A stretch of DNA of 64,000 bases from Nemertoderma westbladi (lineage: Eukaryota; Animalia; Xenacoelomorpha): assembly GCA_032718475.1 (NCBI GenBank), contig JAUCBJ010001286.1:95255-159254 (forward strand). The letters are read 5' to 3'. This document shows, piece after piece, positions 13,441 to 23,837 of this stretch. Within the stretch, counting starts at the first letter, position 1, and every line of letters begins with the position of its first letter. The notes beneath the pieces were generated by a model. The model ran no database searches. It had not been told where the DNA came from and worked only from the letters and a program-made list of their open reading frames with translations. Made by a program: the position numbers and the translations under genes.

Positions 13441-14214
13441 TTGCTCTACAAATTCTACAATATTAATTTACAATATTTATATCCCTACAATATACGTATA
13501 CGCACGTACGTACATACATGGCGGGGGGTGGTACCACCCCCCCCCCCCCCCCACCCCCCCTCCCCCCGCCGCACCCCTCGCTAAAAATTTAAGAAATTTG
13601 TATTTTATTGCATCTATTTAATGGGGATTTCAAATCTGAAAACGGCTTAGAGAGATCTCTATTAGTTCTCGAGTTATCAATGAATATCGGTCTGCCAAAT
13701 TTGACTGTCAAAATGTAACACAGACATAGACATACAACCGACAGACGGACACTACATCCCACCAAATATTAAAACTGACATCAGAAATGAAATCAGCGAC
13801 CCCGAAAACGCCCATTTTTACGTTTGAAAAATTGTATGTTTTTTCAATGGGTTGCAATAATTAATTGTCCGTGTTATTTATTGCAATTTTCCTACCTTCG
13901 CCAACTTAGTTCAAATGAAATCGAACTTAGTTCCAATGTGGGAGTTTCATCGTAGCCTAGGTCCTAGTACTGCGTATAAGAAACTAAGGTCGATATCTTT
14001 GGAACTAAGTTCCCATTTGAAAATGTGCCATAGGAACTAAGTTCTTGATACCCAATCTGCCTTTTACTTATATTATTATTGTGTGTGATTATGATATCTG
14101 AATGTGTGTTCTGTTCACACAATATATTGGTGAGATAGTGGTGTTTGTGTTGTTATGAGGACATTTTTACAGTAGGGCCTATTGTTTTGAGTTATTCCAA
14201 AAATTGCCTTTAAC

Positions 14215-14459
14215 GGGTGACTATAAATAAATATAAAACAAAGACCAAAATTTTCATTTATTGTTTTGGTTCCTCCAACACGCCTCTTTAACCTGCTCCT
14301 TTCTTTTACTAACCTGCTCCATTAAATGGCAATGGGACATAACGCTCTATGGCAAATGGGACATAACGCTCTATGGCAAATGGGACCTAACACACCTCTT
14401 TGGGACCTAACGATCTTTGGGACGTAACGCGACTGTACCTCTTTGTTTTGTACACTCCA
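14215..14459 (-). mobile_element. MITE-like element, GGGTGA family (related copies at 33476-33710 and 38967-39180)
   Basis: Shares tacaaaacaaaga ends, ttaggtccca subrepeats and the AACCAAAACAATAAA core with the other copies, in the opposite orientation. Confidence 0.7.
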
Positions 14460-14611
14460 CGTAGGCCGTTGATATGGGAAATTCTATTAAATAAATTTAT
14501 TTATTTATTTTACTAATGATTTTACTGTACATTGTCTGCTGTCAGTCTGCTGTTGGTTTGTCACTTGAACATGTTTATTAGCGGATTACAAAGTAAAATA
14601 AATACAAATCA

Positions 14612-15855
14612 TGTAAAAGCTTCTGTGGGATATAACTGGCCCTTTTGCTTCGCAATCCAGTTTCCCCCCTAGGCGCTGGAATACTCTAAAAGGCTCTCTA
14701 ACTATATATATAATTTCCCCTCGCCCGCAAGGTACCGTTATAGGTGTTTTAACGGACATAAAAGTCATTCTTCTATATACGTGTTTTGGCGGACATGGTA
14801 AGGCAAAAAACCCGCAATGCACCAAATACCTTTACACAGCTTATCCTTGATGATTCAGATTACGACATCTAACAGCTGGTTGCTGACATGGGAACAGCCA
14901 TTGGACACGTAGTTCTTTGTTTAGCTTAAGCCAATCAGAGCGATTTTTTCTGTCGATGTGGAGATATTCGGCCGATCATACTAGGAGTGTTCAGTCTTAC
15001 TGTTTTTTCTTGATACTGTTGTGTTGTTGCTATCTAGGCCAGGAACACCGGCTCTAGAGTCAATTCGTTTTCATACTTTTAGAAGAAACATTAGTAGGCT
15101 TAAGATTATAGAGCGTATAACTGTTATCAACTCACATATCAGTCCAGTTCATATCATATCTTAACCTACCGTCTTAATGCTGTTTACTGTTGTGTTTTGG
15201 TTGAATATTATTTGGAGAACATATATAAAGAACCCAAATTTCCCAATTTTCTTGATACACTACAGGTTAGAGAGACGGGTTATATATAGCGATTGCGACT
15301 TATATTATTGTGGTTTGTAGTGAATTTAATGCTATTTGATAAGCGCTACATGAGTCCGTTGCTGTTCTCTTTATATATGATAAAATTCATTGACGGTCGG
15401 CAAATTAGTGAGCAGTATTGTGTGTTACCGGTAGCGTGCATGATTGTGGCTGATAACTAAGCATTTCCTAAAGAATGCGCCTCATACGTGAATCATAAGC
15501 CTTACCGACTTACCGTTGTGATTAGTATAAGTCATATCTCTATTTACTTAGATAGAGCGCCACGTCCTAAAGGAACTGTTAATATTTCCCGAAAGTGAAT
15601 AATATTGGTCAGAAATTATTTATTAACGATCAATCGAATAATACAGTAAGCTTACACTGCAATAATAATCTAAGCCCTCAGAATCCAGTCTCCCGGGTAT
15701 ATCCAGCGGGTGAATGGACGCGCACTAGGCTGGCTTCTGCTAATGTTGTGTTTATTGGTATTAAATATTTGTCATCTTCTAAAGTCTATTTATAAACCAA
15801 AAGACATATAAATTTTGGCAGGTTAAACTGCTAAAGGTCTTCAAAAGCGCGTACA
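14612..15855 (+). repeat. 5' LTR
   Basis: tgtaaaagcttc...gcgcgtaca; near-identical to 26926-28169 (one substitution seen, A15542 vs G27856). Confidence 0.97.
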
Positions 15856-16209
15856 ATAACAGTTATTGTCTTTATTGCAGTAAGCAATAAAGTTGAAAGT
15901 ACCGGTCGACCGGTAAACCTGAACCGGTACTTCGGTAGGTCAGTAGGCCCAACTGCCAGAACCGGTACTGCTGTAGGTCCGTAGGTCCAACTACCAGAAC
16001 CGGTACTTCTGTAGGTCTGTAGGCCCAATTGTCCTAACCGGTACTTCCAGTACAAGTACATTAGTATTATTTCGATTGTGATCTATAGTATATTGTAGGC
16101 TGCCAGGGGAATAGGGATTGATCACCCCTCATTCTTTTGTATAGTTTACTTGTTTCTGTCAGTTTTATTTCCTAGTAAGTTAATATTGAGCTGAAGACGT
16201 GTAAGTCTG

Positions 16210-16800
16210 CTCAGATTGTTCAGATAATTGTAGGCCGGACTGTTGTTGGATTGTTGTTGGGTTTGGAGAGATTACGGCGTGTGTAGAGTTTGTCCGATAG
16301 AGTGCCAGTTAGTAAGTTGGGGCAGCCATAGCTGTAAGGTCAATCCCCTCTTAAAGAATAAGTCGTACTACCGTGTTAGAACGCATACTAACTAACCATT
16401 TTGGAATCTGCACATACTGTAGTTTATTTAGGCTTGACAGTATTCTGCCAGCGTTTTGGCCTGTGTTTGTTTGTGTGGTCTGTTCAGGTACCGTAATAGT
16501 TATTACTCAGATATTTTGTAGGCTGGATTGTTGTCTAGCTATTATTAGGTCTGAAGAGATTGCTGCGTGTGTAGAGTTTGTCCGATAGAGTGCCAGTTAG
16601 TAAGTTGGGGCAGCCATAGCTGTAAGGTCAATCCCCTCTTAAAGAATAAGTCGTACTACCGTGTTAGAACGCATACTAACTAACGATTTTGGAATCTACA
16701 CATACTGTAGTTTATTTAGGCTTGGTGGTAGTCTGCCAGCGTTTGGTTTGTATTTTGTTTGAATATTCTGTACGGGTAGCGTAATATTTATTATTCAGAG
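16210..16800 (+). repeat. About two copies of a 288-bp direct repeat in the retrotransposon 5' leader
   Basis: 16277-16437 is almost identical to 16565-16725; the flanks are more diverged. Confidence 0.9.
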
Positions 16801-18089
16801 TTTATGCGATTATTCGCAACATTCATGTCCCCAAGTTTATTCCTACAGTAATTGTGTTTGTTACACATACCGTTATAGTTAAATTAACCCCGGTACTACA
16901 CGGGCTGCTTGGCGTAGGAAAAGACTGGTGACTTTGTGCTTCGGTCACTCCAGCAGATGCCGTGGTTCTTTTAACTGTTCAAGTATATTTAACTACTGAT
17001 TATTTGTTGTACCGGTACTTGTACCTAATTTAGGGTTTAGTGTACAGTGCTTTCCGAAAGTAATTAGTGTATAGGCAGTGTATTGTGTTGTAAAGTGGTT
17101 AATAGGCACGTTGGATCTGGTAGTCCGCGGTAATTAACTTCTAGGTAGGAACACTCCGTGATACATAACGTAGTACCTATAGCGATACGGCTATAGGTCG
17201 TCAGGTGGTGGTATTTTTCCTATCTGGACAGTGCAATATATTTACTACTACATATTATTTTCAAATACCGTAGTACCCTGTCCGTTGTAATAACCAGAAA
17301 TCTAACCCTTTGTTAGGCTGGTTTGTAGACTTCCTGTAAAATTACCCTAAAATTTCGTACGTAATATTTTTGTTGTGTTTAATTAGAGAATAAATCTCAC
17401 CGTATCGTAAGTAATTTGTAGTATTAAGTAACTTAGGTAAATTAGAATTATCTGTTTTAGTGTCCAATAAATAGCACTTCACTAAGAGCGCCCAGCTTCT
17501 GTGTAGTGACCCCCCAGAAATAATAACATTTATTTCGAATATTGACAAAACCCATTTTAAACGGGTATATAAATATTATAAATCAACTCAAACGATTTAT
17601 AAATAGTAGGCCTGCCATACAACAACTAGGTCTCAATATCAGTTGGACTACTGCTTAAATAACGGTAATAAAGTAAGTTAAAGTAACCAAGTAACCCTAA
17701 AATATTCAGAAATTCAATTATTCTAAAATAATTGACATACCGGTATTTACCATAGGCTTATTATATTTATTTCTATAAATTTGAGCTGAAATCATACCGG
17801 TATTCTGTAATTAATTCTAGTTCATAATTATACTTATATATACTATAAGTGTAAGCTGTATACCGGTATTCACGATAGGCCTATTATATATTTATATATA
17901 TTTGTGCTAAATTTATATACCGGTACTCTGTGACAAAACTAGTTTACAATACTTATATATATTATAAGTGCATACCGGTATTCTAATATACTGCAATAAA
18001 TTACCGGTACTAGGCCAACGGTCATACTGAATTACTAGACTTGCTTTAACTATAACTATAGCAGTAAGCATTCAACTGTATAGCTAAAC

Positions 18090-21000
18090 ATGTCTGACAC
18101 CCAGCAAAACCTGTCAGACAGTCTAATCGATACAACCATCTGTGACACAGATAGGAGTGTGGAGCGATTAAGAAAGGAGTTCAGCTCACCTCCTACTGAA
18201 AGAAAGGTCATCCCTCCAGTAGAAGTATCAGACCCTAAGCTAATCCAACACCGTAGGTCTATCATCGGCACTCGGGCCCAAGTCAAACGGAACCAGGAAG
18301 CAGCTGTCCCACAGCAGCAACAGCCTAGTCAAGAAACTTGTTCCCAGCGATCCGATAGCTCCAGTAATTCGGATACTGTCGAGCTGACCCCCGAACGCGG
18401 ATTGCAGATGGCGGCTAAAGCCTACTCGGACCCCCTTCTCACCCTTCCTGCCGCAGTGCTAACTACTATATTGATTGCAGTGGAGGAACATCAAGCCGAT
18501 TGGGCGAGAAGTAAGCGAGCGACCCAAGATAATTATGCGGGATACGCCAGGGAAGAATTGATGTCTATTGTCGAGTCACAATGGAACTTTCCCGGACCCG
18601 GACTCCCATTAGATCTGTCCGAAGCTACTTGGGAAGACATACACAGGATGGGAGTGACTAAAGATACAATGGATCCAGCTGTTTGGAAGAGGTCGGCAGC
18701 AGGATATGTGCAGGGATTCTTCGGCTCCTTAGAGCGATTGGAAGAAAGACTGTTTCGACAACCCCAAGGACCTCAAGAGCAGGAAGAGCTGCTATATCAA
18801 GTACGCGAAAGAACCCTACGCATTAGACTAATCCTATCAGCCTTTGAGGAAACTTCCAAAAGAAGACAGGACACGTCGCTGCAGGTTGCTGTCAAAACTT
18901 GGTTCCAGCGGGTAGGTCTCAAAGTACAAGAAACGGACCAGTGGAAATCCCAGCTGTCTGAGAGACTAACCTATGAAGAACCAACCGATGTCACCCTTTC
19001 TCAAGTGGAAGGTGAAGAGACCGCAGAGAGACCACAAATGAGAGACGCCATCGACATATATCTGTCCGACTATCAGCGATTCCTAGGAGACGAAGAGTTG
19101 AGGAGATGGCTGTCTGGACTTTCCCCTAATAGTGAAGGAACCCAGCGTGTGTTAGACTCAATCGATGCTGAAATGTTAGCTGCTAACCAAGCTGAGTTTG
19201 ATGAAAAACTCCGCCTCACTAGAGTCCAAGAAGAACTAGTAAAGAAAAAACGGATAGAGGACCGAAAGGCAGCTGCAGTAACAGCGGCAATGGCCGAAGT
19301 GGAAGCGGAAAGAAAAGCAGCGGCGGCAGAAGTAGAAGCAGAAAGAAAGGCAGCGGCGGCAGAAGCAGAAGTAGAAAGAAAAGCAGCAGAAGCAGAAAGA
19401 AAGGCAGCGGCGGCAGAAGCAGAAGCAGAAAGAAAAGCAGCAGAAGCAGAAAGAAAGGCAGCGGCGGCAGAAGCAGAAGCAGAAAGAAAAGCAGCAAAGG
19501 CAGTGGCAGAAGCAGAACGGAGAGCCTCTGAGGAGACTACCCAACTGGAGTTGGAAAATCTGCAAGAGACGCAAGACAACATAAATAAACAGTTAACTGC
19601 TAGTCACATGCAGATGATGAGAAAATCTACTCCCAAACGCCAGGGATATACGTCATCGGAGGAAAGCGAAACCACCGATCCTGAAGGTGGAGGAAATAGA
19701 TCTCGTCTAAGCAGGCGTAGAAAAACATCTTACCGTCACAAATTGCCTGATTTGCCTCCAGCTGTTAGAAGACAACTAGCTAGCACAGACTTAAGTAGTA
19801 TAGAACCTACAGACCAAATTATTAAGGTCAAAAAACTCCCTACTATAGTTGATGAGCCTGAAATAATTAGGCCTGTCGTTCCCAAAGTCACTCCTGTGTT
19901 AGAGACCCCTGTACTTCCAGAGCTTAACTCTAAATTCCCTTTACACAGTACTACACTGCCTGTGCCCGGTAGAACAGTCCATGAGAATATCCCTGTCCTG
20001 GAAGCTGAGAGAGAAATCAAAGATTTGTCTCCCGTCGTCCCACGTCAGCCCGCTACAATGTTGGCGACTCCCGCTTCGGCGGTCGAGTGGGTAGAGGAGG
20101 GACGGCGGGGGATGAATCTCCTGCTCGGACAGATGCAGGAGACTGTCCAACAGCTTAAGGGAACAGTAAGGGAAGGTAGGGCAGAATTGCAAGAAGTGCA
20201 GCAAAGTATCGCACTGGAACGCGACAAATTAGTCAATATACAAAAAGGTATACCAATACCCCCTGTAAAATTGTGTCAACCTGTTAGGTCTGAAGTATTA
20301 CATGCGCAAGGTGTGGAGCCTACACGCATCTATACTGCTAGTGAAGTAGAAACTCCTATAGCAAACCCTATTAAGGGTGATTATAGACCTGTTATTAATG
20401 ATATCCCCTATAGACCTGACAATGATCCGAGAAATTTATATACCGATAATTCGATATTAAATAACACGATGGCCCAAGAAAGCTTTACGCGTCAGATGGC
20501 TAGAACAGAAGCCCGCCAAGCGGTTAAAGTGGGAGAGATCGTCAAATTCAATGGAGATGAGATGAAATGGTTACCTTTCAACGAATATTACAAAGACAGC
20601 ATACAGAACTCTGTGCTATCTAACGGAGAGAAACTTAGGTTCCTCATCAAGTGCTTGGAAGGACCTCCCAGGTTAATGGCGTTAAAGTTTATTGGACATC
20701 CAGAAGGATTAAGACAAGTATGGGATACATTAAACATCAGGTATGGTAACAAGGATAACATAGCTAAGTATTTGTATGCAAAATTAGTAGCCCCCCGACA
20801 CTTCCTTAGTAGCGGGATTATAGAGTTTTCCGATGAAATTCAGGAGATCTGTAGACAATTGGACTGGTTAGGTAAGTCTCATGAATATCAGAGTTCCATG
20901 GTTATTGGAGCCGTAGTCTCTACTTTACCAAAGGGTGGAGTATGTACACGCTGGGACAAGAAAGTGTTGTACATGAATGAACAACAACGACGAAGTCCTA

Positions 21001-23837
21001 CCATGGCTGATCTCATGTCCTTCTTAGATGGTGAGGTAAAACTACAACTCATCAAGCAGTCCAGAGAGAAAACATCGGAAAATAAGGTAAGTGAGAAACC
21101 CGCTTCTAGGAGAAGAGTAACACCGGTGTGTTACACTGACGACGGCGAAAGCCAAGCTTCTCAAGAAGAGGACAGCGGGAAAGACACAGATCGATCTTAC
21201 TATGTTGACAAAACCTCAAAAGACGTAAGTAAATACAAGGCTCGAAACAACGATAGGAGAGAACAGGTTGCCAAGACCCCTCCTCAGTCTCCTAACAGAA
21301 TGCACCGAAGAAAATCCGAAGAAAAAACGAGAGTGCATCAAGTTACCCAAGGTAAAGTGAGTAACATAAAACCTAACTGTGCGCTGTGCGACGGGACCCA
21401 CCGTTTGAGTGCGTGTGCTGAATTTCTAAAGAAATCCCTTGTAGACAGATGTGCAGTCGTGTGGGACAAGCGGTTATGCTATAATTGCCTCAGACCAGGA
21501 CACCAACGGCGAACCTGTTACTCCGACATAAAGTGTGCAAAGTGTGGCGCGAAACATCACATCTTGTTACACAGTGAGTTCGAACGAGACAAACTGAGTC
21601 AGGTAAGTGAGCCCAAACTACATGTCCAATTCAGTGATGTAAACGACACTGATCAAGAATCTGAGATGGAAGGATTCTATACTGACGAATTCTCCGACGC
21701 CAACGAATCCTGTTATCTAATCAATACCGCAGTGTATCGAGCACTTACTTATGAAAAGGACACCAACAATGAGTTTCCCCCAACTACTTTTGCCAAACAA
21801 CCATCTTGGAAAGCTCCAACTTCCAACGTAGGAATCAGAGAATTTCCTGTAGTGCAGGTAAGAGTTCACGGTCCTAACAAAAGTTACATAGTGAACGCAC
21901 TCCTTGACTCCGGCAGCACAGGAACATTCATCGATCAAGAATTAGCCGAAGATATCTTTGCTGGACAACCCAAATTCCGGACTAAATTGAATATGTCAGG
22001 AATTATGCAGGTTTGGAAATCTACCTTAACGGCAGATTACTATGTAGGTGTGTTGTCCACCCCCCAGGATAAGTTAGGAGCACAAGGTATAAGGTCGGTA
22101 AAAATGGTGGCTATAAAGAACTTCGCTACTACTCAAGCAGACCTTTATAATTGGGATGAGGATGAGAGCATCCAACATCTTAAGATACCTCGATTCCAGA
22201 CAGATTATCCTGGAGTACAAATACTCATCGGCCAAAACGCGCATGAGGCGCTCGAAACATTGGAGAAACGGCCTGCTCAACCACAGCCACTGCAAACCTA
22301 TGCGGTAAGAACTAGAGTAGGTTGGTACTTTACTGGCCCTTCCCGCAGGACTCTCGAAGAGAGAATGCCACAAGAACAAACATACCAAGTAAACGATTGG
22401 GAAGGGGAGAGCAGTGATGTGGACGAACTAACTGAGGGAACACCGTACTCCTCAGATAATGACGACATCTACCAACTCTTCGATGAAGAGAACACAATCG
22501 ACCTACTTACAGAAAACCAAACTTGGAAAAATCAGGTGAACCTATGTCAACTGATTCGCCCATCGGAACCCATCGCTTACAATGACGAACTAAACGATGA
22601 GATAGAGCGCTACAACGCTAGAACTCGGGACGAACTAGCCGTACGATTCTTTACTCAGGAACTGGTAGAGCCCAATTCATATGATAAGGCTCTATCGATA
22701 GAAGAAGAAAGAGCCAAGCAAATCCAGGAAACAACTACACGTTTTTTAAGGGACCAAGGTAGATATGAAATCGGCCTACCATTTCGAAAACGAGAACCTA
22801 GATTTATAAATAACAGACCCTTGGCAGAGAAAAGAATCGCTCAATTACATCGACGCCTTACAGCTAATGCTTCAGCGAAAGAAATGTACCAAACTCAGCT
22901 GAAGAAATTTATAACAAAGGGATACGCGGAGCGAGTACCGGAAGGAACACCAGTGACTGAGAGAACGTATTACTTAACACATCATTACGTTCCCAAACCC
23001 GGTAAACCCCACGAAGTACGAGTCGTATTCGATGGCTCCGCCCTATATATGGGCCAATCCCTCAATTCCGAGTTTTTACCAGGACCCAACTTACTCCAAT
23101 CTTTGTTGGGAATACTTTTAAGATTAAGACAATATTCCATCGCGTTCGCCTCAGATATAGAAGGAATGTTCTTACAAGTCAAGGCGCTGGATAGAGATAG
23201 AGACAGCCTGAGATTTCTGTGGTGGCCTGAAGGAGACCTCAATCAGAAACCGGTAGAGTACTGGATGACCATCCAGGCTTTTGGAATCATATCAAGCCCT
23301 TCCAACGCCTGCTCCGTGGTGCGAACCACTGCGAATGACAACCGAGACTCCTTCTCAAAAGAAGTGATAGACAACATAAAACGCAATATATACATGGACG
23401 ACAATTTAAGGTCCCTTCCATCAGTAGAAGAAGCCATAGCTGTCGCGAAAGGAACGGTAGAGTGTTTGAAAAGAGGTGGATTTCGACTGACGAAATTCAC
23501 TAGCAACTCCCGTGAGTTTCTGGAAGCCATACCGGTAGAAGACCGAGGAACGAAAGACCTAGACTTAATAAAGGACGATCTTCCTGAAACCAAGACGCTA
23601 GGCTTGAAGTGGGACACTGAAAGAGACATCCTGTTTTTTCAGTTAAAACAGCGAGATAATCCAGTTCGGACCAAACGGATTTGTTTAAGTATCCTGAGCA
23701 CTTATTTCGACCCATTGGGATTTATTAGCCCAGTTATATTGATTGCTCGGAGTTTAGTACAACAAATGTGGCTTGAAAACCACTCATGGGACGATCCGCT
23801 TACTCATGGGACGATCCGCTTAAGGGAGAATTGTTAA
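18090..23837 (+). CDS. BEL/Pao Gag-Pol, part 1 (Gag, triple zinc knuckle, protease, RT); frameshifted at about 23800
   Basis: KFNGDEMKWLPF Gag core; CALCDGTHRLSAC / CYNCLRPGHQRRTC / CAKCGAKHHILLH; ALLDSGS; RVVFDGS, DIEGMFLQV, YMDD; KTLGLKWD. Confidence 0.95.
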   Translation: MSDTQQNLSDSLIDTTICDTDRSVERLRKEFSSPPTERKVIPPVEVSDPKLIQHRRSIIGTRAQVKRNQEAAVPQQQQPSQETCSQRSDSSSNSDTVELTPERGLQMAAKAYSDPLLTLPAAVLTTILIAVEEHQADWARSKRATQDNYAGYAREELMSIVESQWNFPGPGLPLDLSEATWEDIHRMGVTKDTMDPAVWKRSAAGYVQGFFGSLERLEERLFRQPQGPQEQEELLYQVRERTLRIRLILSAFEETSKRRQDTSLQVAVKTWFQRVGLKVQETDQWKSQLSERLTYEEPTDVTLSQVEGEETAERPQMRDAIDIYLSDYQRFLGDEELRRWLSGLSPNSEGTQRVLDSIDAEMLAANQAEFDEKLRLTRVQEELVKKKRIEDRKAAAVTAAMAEVEAERKAAAAEVEAERKAAAAEAEVERKAAEAERKAAAAEAEAERKAAEAERKAAAAEAEAERKAAKAVAEAERRASEETTQLELENLQETQDNINKQLTASHMQMMRKSTPKRQGYTSSEESETTDPEGGGNRSRLSRRRKTSYRHKLPDLPPAVRRQLASTDLSSIEPTDQIIKVKKLPTIVDEPEIIRPVVPKVTPVLETPVLPELNSKFPLHSTTLPVPGRTVHENIPVLEAEREIKDLSPVVPRQPATMLATPASAVEWVEEGRRGMNLLLGQMQETVQQLKGTVREGRAELQEVQQSIALERDKLVNIQKGIPIPPVKLCQPVRSEVLHAQGVEPTRIYTASEVETPIANPIKGDYRPVINDIPYRPDNDPRNLYTDNSILNNTMAQESFTRQMARTEARQAVKVGEIVKFNGDEMKWLPFNEYYKDSIQNSVLSNGEKLRFLIKCLEGPPRLMALKFIGHPEGLRQVWDTLNIRYGNKDNIAKYLYAKLVAPRHFLSSGIIEFSDEIQEICRQLDWLGKSHEYQSSMVIGAVVSTLPKGGVCTRWDKKVLYMNEQQRRSPTMADLMSFLDGEVKLQLIKQSREKTSENKVSEKPASRRRVTPVCYTDDGESQASQEEDSGKDTDRSYYVDKTSKDVSKYKARNNDRREQVAKTPPQSPNRMHRRKSEEKTRVHQVTQGKVSNIKPNCALCDGTHRLSACAEFLKKSLVDRCAVVWDKRLCYNCLRPGHQRRTCYSDIKCAKCGAKHHILLHSEFERDKLSQVSEPKLHVQFSDVNDTDQESEMEGFYTDEFSDANESCYLINTAVYRALTYEKDTNNEFPPTTFAKQPSWKAPTSNVGIREFPVVQVRVHGPNKSYIVNALLDSGSTGTFIDQELAEDIFAGQPKFRTKLNMSGIMQVWKSTLTADYYVGVLSTPQDKLGAQGIRSVKMVAIKNFATTQADLYNWDEDESIQHLKIPRFQTDYPGVQILIGQNAHEALETLEKRPAQPQPLQTYAVRTRVGWYFTGPSRRTLEERMPQEQTYQVNDWEGESSDVDELTEGTPYSSDNDDIYQLFDEENTIDLLTENQTWKNQVNLCQLIRPSEPIAYNDELNDEIERYNARTRDELAVRFFTQELVEPNSYDKALSIEEERAKQIQETTTRFLRDQGRYEIGLPFRKREPRFINNRPLAEKRIAQLHRRLTANASAKEMYQTQLKKFITKGYAERVPEGTPVTERTYYLTHHYVPKPGKPHEVRVVFDGSALYMGQSLNSEFLPGPNLLQSLLGILLRLRQYSIAFASDIEGMFLQVKALDRDRDSLRFLWWPEGDLNQKPVEYWMTIQAFGIISSPSNACSVVRTTANDNRDSFSKEVIDNIKRNIYMDDNLRSLPSVEEAIAVAKGTVECLKRGGFRLTKFTSNSREFLEAIPVEDRGTKDLDLIKDDLPETKTLGLKWDTERDILFFQLKQRDNPVRTKRICLSILSTYFDPLGFISPVILIARSLVQQMWLENHSWDDPLTHGTIRLRENC

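Noticed and set aside
13600-13830. Possible DINE-1/HINE-like fragment with a GACA microsatellite
   Set aside because: Termini and hairpin could not be identified; too weak to call.
14586-15795. Small ORFs in the LTRs (duplicated at 26894-28109)
   Set aside because: Short, non-ATG starts and no motifs; duplicated only because the LTRs are.
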